A stretch of DNA of 64,000 nucleotides, from assembly GCA_038883715.1 (NCBI GenBank), contig JAVZLS010000001.1:1-64000 (forward strand). The letters are read 5' to 3'. Each line of letters begins with the position of its first letter. The stretch's first letter is position 1. Position numbers and translations under genes: made by a program. This DNA is from Candidatus Bathyarchaeia archaeon. Its GTDB lineage: Archaea; Thermoproteota; Bathyarchaeia; Bathyarchaeales; Bathycorpusculaceae. The notes beneath the pieces were generated by a model that saw only the letters and a program-made list of their open reading frames with translations, ran no database searches and was not told where the DNA came from. Positions 49,408 to 60,842 of this stretch are shown here, in pieces.

Positions 49408-49408
49408 A

Positions 49409-51859
49409 ATGGTGGAGAGGCGAGCTGAAAATAAGCCTGAAGAGCTTCGCATTGGCGTTTTCATATGCCACTGTGGTTTGAACATTGCTGGGGTCATTGA
49501 TATAAAAGAGCTTGTTGAGTTTGCAAAAACCATTCCAGACGTTGTTTATGTGAAGGATAACCGCTACACATGTGCGGACCCGGGACAGGAGGAGATTAGG
49601 AAGGCCATAAAGGAGCATAGGCTTAACCGTGTTGTTGTGGCTGCTTGTTCGCCCCGCATGCACGAGGTCACATTCCGGCGGACGGTTTCAGAGGCTGGCT
49701 TAAACCCGTACCTTTTTGAGATGGCTAACATCCGTGAGTTTTCATCCTGGTGCCATCCAAGCACTCCTAAGGAGGCCACTGAAAAGGCTAAGGACTTAAT
49801 CAAGATGGCTGTGGCAAAGGCTAGGCTTCTGATGCCATTGCAAACAATCGAGGTGCCTGTGACTAACAAGGCTTTGGTTATCGGCGGCGGCATAGCTGGA
49901 ATGAATGCGGCTTTGGACTTGGCTGAGATGGGCTTCAAGGTTTACCTTCTGGAAAAAGGTGAAAGCATAGGCGGGCACATGGCGCAGTTGGACAAGACTT
50001 TTCCAACATTGGACTGTTCCATCTGCATTGAAGGACCAAAAATGGTGGATGTTGGGCGGCATCCAAACATCGAAATAATCTCTTATGCAGATTTGCTTAG
50101 CGTCAGCGGTTTTATAGGCAACTTTAAGGTTCGCATTAGGAAGAATCCACGCTACGTTATCGCCGAAAACTGCACTGGCTGCGGCGAATGCAAAGACGTT
50201 TGCCCAATAGAGTATCCAAACGAGTGGGACATGGGGCTCGGCGTTAGGAAAGCCATATCGGTGCCCTTCGACCAAGCGGTGCCCCTTGTTTATACGATTA
50301 ATCGTGACTATTGTATTGAGTGCTACAAGTGTGTGGATGCTTGCGGCGCAAGACAAGCCATAAACTTTGACCAGAAGCCGGAAGAAATCGAGCTTGAAGT
50401 TGGCGCCATAATTGTGGCGACTGGCTACGATATTTACTTGCCCTACGACAATCAGCTTTATGGTTATGGCAAATACACAAACGTGATAACATCCCTAGAG
50501 TTTGAGAGGCTTATTCTTGCGGCTGGTCCAACTGGCGGAAAAGTGGTGCGGGCTTCTGATGGACAAAAACCCCATAGCGTAGCCTTCATCCAGTGTGTTG
50601 GTTCACGGGACACAAACAAGTATCCATATTGTTCAAACTTCTGCTGCATGTACACGCTCAAGCATGTTGTCCAGCTTAAGGAGAAGTACAAGGAAGACAT
50701 CGAGGTTTACGTCTTCTACATGGATATGCGAACCAACTTCAAAGGCTTTGAGGAATTCTACCAAAGGGCTCGTGAACTCGGCGTGAACTTTATCCGTGGG
50801 CGGGTGAGCCGCATATTCGAAGACCCGAAAACCAAAAACCTCATCATTCACGCTGAAGATGCCAACTTGGGCATGCCAATAGAAGTTGAGGCGGAAATGG
50901 TTGTTTTGGCAACGGCAGCCATACCCAAGAAGGGCACAGAGGATATAGCCCGCATCCTCAACTTAACGAGAGGCGCGGACGGCTTCTTCATGGAGAGTCA
51001 CCCGAAGCTAAAACCATTAGACGCACCCACAGACGGCATATTCTTGGCTGGAGCATGTCAAGGACCAAAGGACATACCGTATAGTGTCTCGCAAGGCTGC
51101 GGTGCAGCAGCCCGCGCAGCCACAGTCTTGTCCAAGAAAACTTGGAAGATTGAGCCCATTATTGCTGTTGTTGACCCGACTAAGTGCCGGAATGTCACGA
51201 CAAAGTGTGGGATATGTGCTGAACGCTGTCCATATGGCGCTATAAAAGCTGAGGAGAAGAAGCCAGCCCAAGTTATAACAGCCATGTGTCATGGCTGCGG
51301 AACATGTGTGGCAGAATGTCCAGCGGACGCCATACAACAAATGCACTTCACAGATGCCCAAATATTGGCTCAGCTGCGAACAGCCTTGGAAAAGAACCCA
51401 GAAGATAAGATTTTGGCTTTCCTATGCAACTGGTGCAGTTATGCGGGGGCGGACCTAGCCGGAACAAGCCGCTTCGAGTATCCGCCAACAATACGCCCAA
51501 TAAGGGTCATGTGCTCTGGAAGGGTGGACCGCGACTTTGTTTTGGAGGCCTTTAGGCTTGGGGCTGGCATGGTTCTGGTGGCGGCATGCCACCTGCCCTA
51601 CGACTGCCACTATATTAGTGGAAACTGGAAGATGAAAGCAAGAATGGATGCTTTGGCGCCTATGCTCCATAAGCTTGGCTTAAGCCCTGAAAGATTCAGA
51701 GTAGAATACGTTTCAGCGGCTGAAGGCGTAAAGTTTGCAGAGCTTATCCGAGAAATGACTGAGCAGATGCGAGCCCTTGGTAAAGAGCGGATAAAAGCGG
51801 AAAATGAGAAGCTGCGCCCAGTGCTGGAAAACATGCTGAAGAGGAAGGAAAAGAGATAA
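49409..51859 (+). CDS. hdrA: Heterodisulfide reductase subunit A fused to MvhD
   Basis: GVFICHCG, AACSP, KTFPTLDC, QCVGSRD; C-terminal FLCNWCSYAGAD, RVMCSGRV MvhD domain. Confidence 0.94.
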   Translation: MVERRAENKPEELRIGVFICHCGLNIAGVIDIKELVEFAKTIPDVVYVKDNRYTCADPGQEEIRKAIKEHRLNRVVVAACSPRMHEVTFRRTVSEAGLNPYLFEMANIREFSSWCHPSTPKEATEKAKDLIKMAVAKARLLMPLQTIEVPVTNKALVIGGGIAGMNAALDLAEMGFKVYLLEKGESIGGHMAQLDKTFPTLDCSICIEGPKMVDVGRHPNIEIISYADLLSVSGFIGNFKVRIRKNPRYVIAENCTGCGECKDVCPIEYPNEWDMGLGVRKAISVPFDQAVPLVYTINRDYCIECYKCVDACGARQAINFDQKPEEIELEVGAIIVATGYDIYLPYDNQLYGYGKYTNVITSLEFERLILAAGPTGGKVVRASDGQKPHSVAFIQCVGSRDTNKYPYCSNFCCMYTLKHVVQLKEKYKEDIEVYVFYMDMRTNFKGFEEFYQRARELGVNFIRGRVSRIFEDPKTKNLIIHAEDANLGMPIEVEAEMVVLATAAIPKKGTEDIARILNLTRGADGFFMESHPKLKPLDAPTDGIFLAGACQGPKDIPYSVSQGCGAAARAATVLSKKTWKIEPIIAVVDPTKCRNVTTKCGICAERCPYGAIKAEEKKPAQVITAMCHGCGTCVAECPADAIQQMHFTDAQILAQLRTALEKNPEDKILAFLCNWCSYAGADLAGTSRFEYPPTIRPIRVMCSGRVDRDFVLEAFRLGAGMVLVAACHLPYDCHYISGNWKMKARMDALAPMLHKLGLSPERFRVEYVSAAEGVKFAELIREMTEQMRALGKERIKAENEKLRPVLENMLKRKEKR

Positions 51860-51862
51860 ACA

Positions 51863-52599
51863 TTGAAGGTTAAGGCTGTACTATTCGACCTATTTGACAC
51901 GCTGCTCCCAATTGAAGGCGGCAACGCCTTTTACACTCCGTGTCTTCAAAGGCTCCACGAATTTCTGATAGGAAGAGGCGTTGATGTCTCCTTTGAAGAG
52001 TTTAGGAAGGTCTATTTTGAGGTTAGGGACGCCATATACGCGGATGCAAACAAAAATCTTGAGGAACCACACTTTAACATTCGCGTTTGGAAAACCCTCC
52101 AAAGGCTGGGCTACAATTATGACCTTTACAACACCATCATTGCTAGGGCTACTGAACGCTTCGCTAAAGAGTTCATGAAATATGTCAGCCTCGATAGAGA
52201 CGCTATGGATGTGCTGCAGCGGCTTTACGGCAAATATAAGCTTGCTTGATTTCCAACTTCGCCATACCAGAGTGTGTTTGGGCGCTCCTTGAAAAATATG
52301 ACTTGAAAAGGTTCTTTGACGTCGTTATTATTTCTGCTGAGATTAACAAGCGCAAGCCGAGCCCTGAAATCTTTCAAAAGGCACTAGAAAGCCTAAATGT
52401 GGCTCCTTTTGAGGCTGTTTTTGTTGGCGACACGCCGAGCATGGACGTTGATGGCGCAAAAAATGTTGGGATGAAAGCCATCCTAGTCCTTCGAAAGACG
52501 TCAGCGACAGACACGTCTAAACCAGACAGCACAAATATTAAGCCGGACTTTGTTGTGGAAAGTCTAAAAGAGGTTCCAAAGATAATTAGTGATTGTTGA
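51863..52599 (+). pseudogene. HAD-family hydrolase split by a 1-bp frameshift near 52245
   Basis: Motif I FDLFDTL in 51863-52249; motifs II-IV (ISN, KP, FVGD) in 52246-52599. Confidence 0.75.
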
Positions 52600-52815
52600 T
52601 TCAGAAATAACAATACATATTAGGATGGAAAGAAACATTTATATCCGCTGAGCCATCTTCACATCTATCTTGGTGAAGTTGAGCTGCCCGCATTTACGGC
52701 GGCGGCCCAACCTAGACCATAAAGGCGTTTAAACGCCTAAAACGGGGATGAAAAGGGTTGGCCTCCACTTGCGGGCACAAAAATGTGGACCTGACGCCAA
52801 CGTGTTAGGTCTGAA

Positions 52816-52859
52816 ATGGGCTTTGGCATGTGGATCCCCCTCCAAATCCAGTCGGCTTT
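52816..52859 (+). other. 5' strand of pre-16S processing stem with bulge-helix-bulge motif (pairs with 54418-54462)
   Basis: atgggctttggcatgtggatcc / ggatccacatgccaaagcccat; CTCC/GGAG 4-bp helix flanked by AAA bulges. Confidence 0.85.
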
Positions 52860-52908
52860 GCGGCCGTATGCCAATAAGCGTCTCCGGCAGACGGCCAGGA
52901 GTTCGTTA

Positions 52909-54403
<1,495 letters not shown>

Positions 54404-54541
54404 AAGCCAAGAGCCGGAAAGCCGACTGGAGGAGAAAGCCGGATCCACATGCCAAAGCCCATCCTTGCACTTTCCAACCTTTTAAATGTCAATTTTGTTA
54501 CTGGTGTCGAACTGCAAAATTGACTAGTCCCCTCTATAGAA

Positions 54542-54583
54542 TTTAGGTTGTGGGTGGTTGCTAAATTGGGTACCCCTCTCTAG
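54542..54583 (-). repeat. Dispersed ~43-bp repeat, copy 2 (downstream of rqc2)
   Basis: Reverse complement matches 32125-32167. Confidence 0.8.
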
Positions 54584-54596
54584 TTTTCGGCGGTCT

Positions 54597-56708
54597 TTAG
54601 AAAATGGAGCTGTTTTTAACCCTATTTTCTCTAGCCCCCTCTAAAAATTTCGGCGGGTCCTCTGCTGTTATTGTGCCTTTGCAGTAGGGGATGAGCTCCC
54701 TGATTTGTTCTATGGAGGCTTTCAGTATTTTTTCGCGCTTCTCTTTTGGCGCTTTTTCGGCTAGAGCCTTTAAAACTTGTTTTAGGAGTTGTTTTCCGCT
54801 GTTTTCTCCAGGGACAAGGACGGTGTAGATTTTTGTTTTTGCTTTTATAGCGTCTACTGGTCCGCCTATGAAGGTGGCTTCGTCGGCTTCGTTAAATTGG
54901 ACGCCTATGGCTATTTTTAGTGGTGTGTTGCGCATCCAGTTTCGGGTTCCAGTTATGGTGAAGGCTCCTCGTGGCACGTATTCGCCTGAGGCTCCAGCCT
55001 TGCTTAGCTGTTCTGGTTTAACCCAGTAGACGTCTACTGTGGCGAAGCCTTCCCGCCATCCTCTTGAGTGGGCTGCGGCGAATTCTGCTGCTTCTTGTAG
55101 GCATTTTTCTGTTGGCTTCTTGCCTTCAGTCTTAACGACTACGAAGGGTGCTCCGACCAAGTCCGCGTGGAAGACGATGTCTTCTGGTGTTGTGTACTTC
55201 TTGATGAGGGCTTCGTTGCTTGTGGCATCTTTTCCAGCCAAAACCAGAAAGCCGTCAGAAGTTGTGAACCATTTGAACTTTTCAAACCACTTGCGGGGTT
55301 TAACCTTTCTTTTGGCGAGCTCTTCTATAGCTCTGGCTGGTATAGCCCTTTCTAGGGCTTCAGCTTCTCGGATTTTGGCTTCTATCTCTGAAAGCTTCCT
55401 TCTGGTTTCTTCCAGTGCCGCTTTTGCGCCCTCCAGCTTACGCTTTGCAAGCTTCGCTTTTTCATAGAATTTTGCAGCGTTTGCGAACAAGTCTTTTTGG
55501 ATGTCTATGCCAAAATGTAAGTCGTCAATGCATAGGTTAAGAACAAGCCTTTGCTTGTCAAAGGATTCAAAAAACGTGTATGGTTTTAAGCCTTCACGCT
55601 TTTTAGAAAGCGTTTCAGAAACTATTTCGTCCCACTCTTTCCCAGTCCTTTTCTCGGTTAAAAATTTGTTTAGAAGCGTTTGAAGCTCGCCGGAATAAGC
55701 GTAAATGGTGTCGCCCATCTGTCTATACTTTTCTGCCTTCTGCTCAGCGTCCTTTAATGCTTTTTCTTGTTCGGCTAAAACCCTTTTTAGGCGCTCCGCC
55801 TCCTGAGTTAGCTGTTCTGCAGCCTTCTTTTCGGCGGCAGCCCTTTCTAAAGCCTCCGTCTTGGCGTAAAACTCGTCTAGGGCTTCATTGAAGCTGTTAA
55901 ATGGCTGATGCTTAAGCCCGTCATAGCGCTTAAGCCTTAAAGGGATGACGTCTACAAAGGTGCCATCTTCGCCTAAAACTATGCATGGTTCAAGCTTCTC
56001 CTCAAAGACTTGGGAAAGCATTCCGTGCAAACAGTTATGAATGGCTTCAACTTGCTGAGGGGATAAGCTCGTACACTTGGTTGTCTTCTCTATCCCAAGC
56101 CTTAGCAATACTTCTTCAGCGTAAACGCCGCCTATTCCCAGAAAGCGGGCGAGAGCCCTTACAACCTCAACTTCGCCAAAACCTTTTAATCCCTCAGCGA
56201 GGTTTTGCACGCTAACCTTGACGGGGTTTTGCCCGCTTGGAGGGGCAAAGCGAAAAGTCTCCCCCCTTATTATGTTTCTGTCCCGCATCCGCCTATAATG
56301 CAGTGCTTGCACAATCTTGTTTTCGCCATCTACAAGGATTATGTTTCCCTCGCCGAAAAGCTCCAAAACAAGCCTAAAATTGCCCAATTTACCACTAAAA
56401 TTGAGGAGGATAACCCTCTCAAACTCGTATTGTTCAATGTTTGTTAGTAGGCTGTTTCTGAGAAACTTTCTCAAAGCCATGCAGAAAGCTGGAGGGACGA
56501 GGGGCTTTTCTAAGGCGTAAGAGGTTAGGTTTAGACGTTTTCCAGCCTCTAAAACAAGCCTATAAATAGTTTCGCCACTTCGCAGCTTGAAAAGCAGTGT
56601 TTTTTCATCCAGCTGGTAAACGTTGCTTACTCTAGCGTTTAGAATAGCCTCTTTCAACTCGCGGACGGCGGCAGCCACATCAAAGCTGGTGAACTCCTCT
56701 TTGTGCAA
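54597..56708 (-). CDS. rqcH: Ribosome quality control factor Rqc2/NEMF (NFACT)
   Basis: FTSFDV, FCMALRK, LELFGEGNIIL, WFEKFKWF, GKDATSNE, FHAD. Confidence 0.92.
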   Translation of the reverse strand: MHKEEFTSFDVAAAVRELKEAILNARVSNVYQLDEKTLLFKLRSGETIYRLVLEAGKRLNLTSYALEKPLVPPAFCMALRKFLRNSLLTNIEQYEFERVILLNFSGKLGNFRLVLELFGEGNIILVDGENKIVQALHYRRMRDRNIIRGETFRFAPPSGQNPVKVSVQNLAEGLKGFGEVEVVRALARFLGIGGVYAEEVLLRLGIEKTTKCTSLSPQQVEAIHNCLHGMLSQVFEEKLEPCIVLGEDGTFVDVIPLRLKRYDGLKHQPFNSFNEALDEFYAKTEALERAAAEKKAAEQLTQEAERLKRVLAEQEKALKDAEQKAEKYRQMGDTIYAYSGELQTLLNKFLTEKRTGKEWDEIVSETLSKKREGLKPYTFFESFDKQRLVLNLCIDDLHFGIDIQKDLFANAAKFYEKAKLAKRKLEGAKAALEETRRKLSEIEAKIREAEALERAIPARAIEELAKRKVKPRKWFEKFKWFTTSDGFLVLAGKDATSNEALIKKYTTPEDIVFHADLVGAPFVVVKTEGKKPTEKCLQEAAEFAAAHSRGWREGFATVDVYWVKPEQLSKAGASGEYVPRGAFTITGTRNWMRNTPLKIAIGVQFNEADEATFIGGPVDAIKAKTKIYTVLVPGENSGKQLLKQVLKALAEKAPKEKREKILKASIEQIRELIPYCKGTITAEDPPKFLEGARENRVKNSSIF

Positions 56709-56768
56709 TCTCTAACCACTTTATGGATGGCGGGTTAAGCTATAAATAGGCAGCTTTAAATTTAAGCG

Positions 56769-57116
56769 ATGTTAAACTGGAAGGCGTTGGAGAACATGAA
56801 GCCCCTTGAAAAGTTGTATTGGTTAAGGTTCGCCCTAGGCATAGTGGCAGCCCTCGTTTGTGTCGGGTACGAATGGGCTGTGGGATTAATCAGCCCGGAG
56901 TTTAACATGGCCATCTTGTTGAACGGCATATCCTTCGCATTAATTGTTTACATTTTATCCTATTACATAATTAAGCCGAAGTTTATACTCAAAGTCGAGA
57001 AGCCTCAAAAAGTTTTCACAACGGGGATGGGCATTTTCTTTCTTTCATGGCTCGTTTTCTGGGTGCTCCTATACACTGTGGCTCTTTGGCTGTCTGGCAC
57101 CCTTCAAAGCATCTAA
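56769..57116 (+). CDS. Three-TM membrane protein, Rab5ip/EMC6-like (tentative)
   Basis: KLYWLRFALG...TGMGIFFLSWLVFWVLLYT pattern. Confidence 0.65.
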   Translation: MLNWKALENMKPLEKLYWLRFALGIVAALVCVGYEWAVGLISPEFNMAILLNGISFALIVYILSYYIIKPKFILKVEKPQKVFTTGMGIFFLSWLVFWVLLYTVALWLSGTLQSI

Positions 57117-57559
57117 TCTATAAAGTCTTCTATCGTCGCCTGATTCTTGTCTTCTAAAAGCTTTCGCGCTTCTTCTTTTTCTAAAGAGGCGTTTTTGTTT
57201 TCTGCAACATTAACAATGTTTAGTCTGCTTGCCACACGGGTGAAGTCCGCCCATGCCGCGAAAAAGCCGCGGTCAAAGTCTCCGTGAAGCCTATTCTTCA
57301 CGTGGTTCAAGAATTCCCGCCTATAGCTTTGTAGGGCTTCTTTGTCGGATGTGTCCAGTTTTGCGAAGAAGGAGTAGGAGTCGCTGTTGTTGGTGCGTCT
57401 TACGAGAAGCATGCCATACAAAGCTCTAAAGTAGCCCCTGTTCCACTCTGTTTTCTGCATTTTCTGCTTAAGCCTCTCCAGTTCGCGTTCCGCTTCAGCA
57501 AACTGTTTGTTGAGGATTAATTGGAAGAACCTTGTGACTAGGGCTTGTGGCACAGGCAT
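57113..57559 (-). CDS. Hypothetical helical protein downstream of radA
   Basis: ATG 2 bp after radA stop; WNRGYFRALYG and FDRGFFAAW internal repeat. Confidence 0.7.
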   Translation of the reverse strand: MPVPQALVTRFFQLILNKQFAEAERELERLKQKMQKTEWNRGYFRALYGMLLVRRTNNSDSYSFFAKLDTSDKEALQSYRREFLNHVKNRLHGDFDRGFFAAWADFTRVASRLNIVNVAENKNASLEKEEARKLLEDKNQATIEDFID

Positions 57560-57560
57560 T

Positions 57561-58568
57561 TTAGCGCCCACTTGACTTGGTTTTCTCCTCTTCGGAAACG
57601 TCCTCTATACCGTTCTCTGTTATTTTAAAGATTTCCTCCCCTTCGGGCAGGTATGGACTTGAAACCAAGCGGGCTATGCGCACTGGACCATGAGAGGCCC
57701 TTCTAAGGTATATGCGCGTGTGACTTGTATGCCCAACAATGTGTCCGCCAACCGGGTGGATGGCGTCTCCAAAGAACATGTCTGGCTTAGCCATAACCTG
57801 GTTTGTTACAACCGCCACGGCGTTGAAGGCTCTTGCCAAACGTATGAGTTTATGCATGTGCTTGTTGAGTTTCTGCTGCCTAGCCGCAAGCATCTCCCGC
57901 CCTAAATATTCACTTCTGAAATGTGAAGTTAAAGAGTCAACTATGATGAGTTTAACGTTGTTTTCCTTTATAACTTCGTCCGCGTTTTCCAAAAGGAACA
58001 TTTGATGGTCCGACGTGTAAGCCTCTGCATAAATAATGTTCTTAACAACATTTTGTGGGTCAAGTCCCAAGTGGCGAGCCATCTGCACTATACGTTCAGT
58101 TCTGAAGGTGTTTTCTGTGTCTATGTATAATGCTGCGCCGTTAAGCCCGCCCCGCTCCGGCGGAAGCTGAACATTCACGCATAGCTGGTGGCAGATTTGG
58201 CTTTTTCCACTTCCATATTCGCCGTAAAACTCCGTTATGGTCTGCGTTTCCAAGCCGCCGTCCAAAAGCTTGTCCAAGGCTTTGCTTCCAGTGGTGAGTC
58301 TCAAAACGTTTTGACGCATTTTCAAAAGCTCGTCAGCGCGGATGAAGGCTATGCCAATTGATGAGCGGGCGGCACTTATTATGGCTAAAGCCTTTTTCTC
58401 ACTTATGCCGGCTGGCTCAAGCTCGCGAACCGTTGCCATTGCAAGAGACTCGACTGTGTGGAAGCCAAGCTCCCTCAACTTCTGGGCTGTTGACGGACCA
58501 ATTCCAGGAAGGTCTTCAAGGGTTTCGTATCGTGGTTTTTCTGCGCCTTCGCCTTCTTCCTCTGACAT
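57561..58568 (-). CDS. radA: DNA repair and recombination protein RadA
   Basis: HhH N-domain, [25 protein letters not shown]. Confidence 0.97.
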   Translation of the reverse strand: MSEEEGEGAEKPRYETLEDLPGIGPSTAQKLRELGFHTVESLAMATVRELEPAGISEKKALAIISAARSSIGIAFIRADELLKMRQNVLRLTTGSKALDKLLDGGLETQTITEFYGEYGSGKSQICHQLCVNVQLPPERGGLNGAALYIDTENTFRTERIVQMARHLGLDPQNVVKNIIYAEAYTSDHQMFLLENADEVIKENNVKLIIVDSLTSHFRSEYLGREMLAARQQKLNKHMHKLIRLARAFNAVAVVTNQVMAKPDMFFGDAIHPVGGHIVGHTSHTRIYLRRASHGPVRIARLVSSPYLPEGEEIFKITENGIEDVSEEEKTKSSGR

Positions 58569-58758
58569 AAATTTTCCCGTGTGAGTTTTATTTTTAGCAG
58601 TATTTAAAGCAAACGAGAAACGTTGCGCTTCTACACGTGGAGAGATAAGTTAAAGTGAATGGGCTCCACGTTTGGAAACTCCAAAGCCTTTGGAAACTTT
58701 TTTATAAACTGGAATAGAGAAGGACTCGCTGAAAAGCATCATATTTGAGGGATAAAAC

Positions 58759-59643
58759 TTGGAAATCGCCAAAGTTGTGGAAGATGTGGCTTTTAACCTT
58801 CTGAAACAAGCTGTCATATACCTTCCCGAAGACGTAAAAAAAGCCTTGAAAAAGGCTTATGCTGAGGAAACAAGCGAAACCGGAAAAACCCAGTTGAAGG
58901 CTATATTAGACAACATTGAGCTTGCGGAAAAATACAAGGCGCCAGTGTGCCAAGACACAGGCACAATAATATTCTATGCCCAAGCGGGGGCCAATGTCAA
59001 AAATCTTGACAAAATTGAGGAAGCTCTTGTTAAGGCAACGAGAAGAGCTACAAAAGAAATTCCGTTAAGGCCTAATGCTGTTGACCCCTTCACCCAAAAG
59101 AACAGCGGGGACAACACTGGAAGATTCATACCATACATAAACTGGGAAATAGTGCCCGGAGACAACCTAGAATTAACGGTTATGACGAAGGGCGGGGGTT
59201 CAGAAAACGTCTGCCTAACCGGAATGCTTGTGCCTGGCGAGGGCATAAACGGGCTGAAAAAGTTCGTAATAGAAGCCGTCATAAAGGCTGGAGCCCAACC
59301 TTGTCCGCCGACAATTCTGGGGGTTGCCATGGGCGGAGGCGCGGACATAGCCATGAAACTCGCAAAAAAGGCTCTTTTAAGGCCTCTAGACCAGCCTAAC
59401 CCTAATCCGGAGATAGCGAAACTTGAAAAAGAGCTTTACGAAGCCGCTAACATGACTGGAATTGGACCGATGGGTTTGGGTGGCAAAACAACAGTCTTGG
59501 GCGTGCATGTTGAATATGCTTTTAGGCACCCAGCCTCTTTTCCGGCAGCAGTTGCCTTTAACTGTTGGGCTGCTAGGAGGGCCACAGCAAGAATCCACGC
59601 TGATGGAACTGTTGAATATTTAACCCATAAAGGTTTGGTGTGA
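58759..59643 (+). CDS. Fe-S hydro-lyase (fumarate hydratase/tartrate dehydratase) alpha subunit
   Basis: CQDTG, KGGGSEN, PCPP, GIGPMGLGG, NCWAAR. Confidence 0.93.
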   Translation: MEIAKVVEDVAFNLLKQAVIYLPEDVKKALKKAYAEETSETGKTQLKAILDNIELAEKYKAPVCQDTGTIIFYAQAGANVKNLDKIEEALVKATRRATKEIPLRPNAVDPFTQKNSGDNTGRFIPYINWEIVPGDNLELTVMTKGGGSENVCLTGMLVPGEGINGLKKFVIEAVIKAGAQPCPPTILGVAMGGGADIAMKLAKKALLRPLDQPNPNPEIAKLEKELYEAANMTGIGPMGLGGKTTVLGVHVEYAFRHPASFPAAVAFNCWAARRATARIHADGTVEYLTHKGLV

Positions 59644-59654
59644 GGTGAAAAGAG

Positions 59655-60260
59655 ATGGCGATTTACCACCTTAAAACACCCATTTCAGAAGGGGAAATCC
59701 GTAAGCTGAAGGTCAATGATGTCATATACATAACTGGAACTATAGTGACAGCCAGAGACCAAGCCCACAGGCGAGCCCTAGAATACTTCAAACAGGGAAA
59801 ACCCTTGCCCATAAACCTTGAAGGATTGGCGGTTTTCCACTGCGGACCAGTGGTAAGCAAGGAAGGCGACAAATGGGTTGCCGTTGCCGCTGGTCCAACA
59901 ACAAGTACAAGAATGGACATATTCGAAGACGAGTTTATCAAAAACTTCAAGGTCCGAGTCGTAATAGGCAAGGGTGGAATGGGAAAAAGGACAACAGACG
60001 CCATGGCAAAATACGGAGCCGTCTATGGAGCCTTCACAGGCGGAGCAGCAATACTAGCCGCTAAAGCCATAAAAAATGTTAGGGGCGTTGAGTGGCTTGA
60101 CCTCGGCACGCCTGAAGCCCTATGGATTTTCGAAGTTGAAGACTTTGGACCATTAACAGTGGCTATAGACTCCCATGGAAACAACCTGTTCATGGACGTG
60201 GCAAAAACAGTAGAAGAAAACAGGAAAAGGATTTACGAGAAGCTCGGGCTACAGCCCTAA
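59655..60260 (+). CDS. Fe-S hydro-lyase (fumarate hydratase) beta subunit
   Basis: TARDQAH, GPTTSTRM, IGKGG, IDSHGN. Confidence 0.93.
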   Translation: MAIYHLKTPISEGEIRKLKVNDVIYITGTIVTARDQAHRRALEYFKQGKPLPINLEGLAVFHCGPVVSKEGDKWVAVAAGPTTSTRMDIFEDEFIKNFKVRVVIGKGGMGKRTTDAMAKYGAVYGAFTGGAAILAAKAIKNVRGVEWLDLGTPEALWIFEVEDFGPLTVAIDSHGNNLFMDVAKTVEENRKRIYEKLGLQP

Positions 60261-60289
60261 ACCTTCCCACATTTTTCTTGTTGTAAAGG

Positions 60290-60766
60290 CTATAGTTCTC
60301 TGCTCATTACGTAGGCGTCTTCACCATCCGAATAATAGCCACGGATTGTCCTTGTAACCTTAAAGCCCAATTTTTTGTATAGGCTTATGGCTGGCATGTT
60401 GGAAACCCTAACTTCCAAGAAGGCTTGTTTGGCGTTGTATATGCGCATCCCTTCCAAGGCTTTTGTCACCAGGGCTTCGCCTATGCCCCTTCGTCTATGT
60501 TCTGGCAGGACTGCAATAGAGACTATGTGCCCCTTCTTTATGAAGCCGCTAAAGCCAAAGTTTGACAAGCCCAACTCGATGCGGCACATGACATAGCCAA
60601 CAATTTCGCCGTTCCCCTCAGCTACTATGAAGGTTTCTGGAAAACGGTTATACAAGTCCATGAAGAAGTAGTCGCCATAATTTTCCGGGAGGCAGACACG
60701 GTTGATATACATTACGCGTTCAAGGTCTTTTGGTGTAAACTTCCGCAGGGTGTATGTCTGTTGCAA
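60290..60766 (-). CDS. N-alpha-acetyltransferase (RimI/Ard1 family)
   Basis: CLPENY, GHIVSIAV, LEVRVSN, YYSDGEDA. Confidence 0.92.
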   Translation of the reverse strand: MQQTYTLRKFTPKDLERVMYINRVCLPENYGDYFFMDLYNRFPETFIVAEGNGEIVGYVMCRIELGLSNFGFSGFIKKGHIVSIAVLPEHRRRGIGEALVTKALEGMRIYNAKQAFLEVRVSNMPAISLYKKLGFKVTRTIRGYYSDGEDAYVMSREL

Positions 60767-60842
60767 GCTCCCTTTACTCCCACGGTTTTAATGGTTAGGT
60801 TTGCATTCCTACTTTAAAGTTTTTCCGAAACAGATTAAGCAT

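Noticed and set aside
58664-58698. TCCA...TGGAAAC motifs as ORB replication-origin boxes
   Set aside because: Spacing differs from ORB consensus, no G-string, no cdc6/orc1 nearby, short intergenic region
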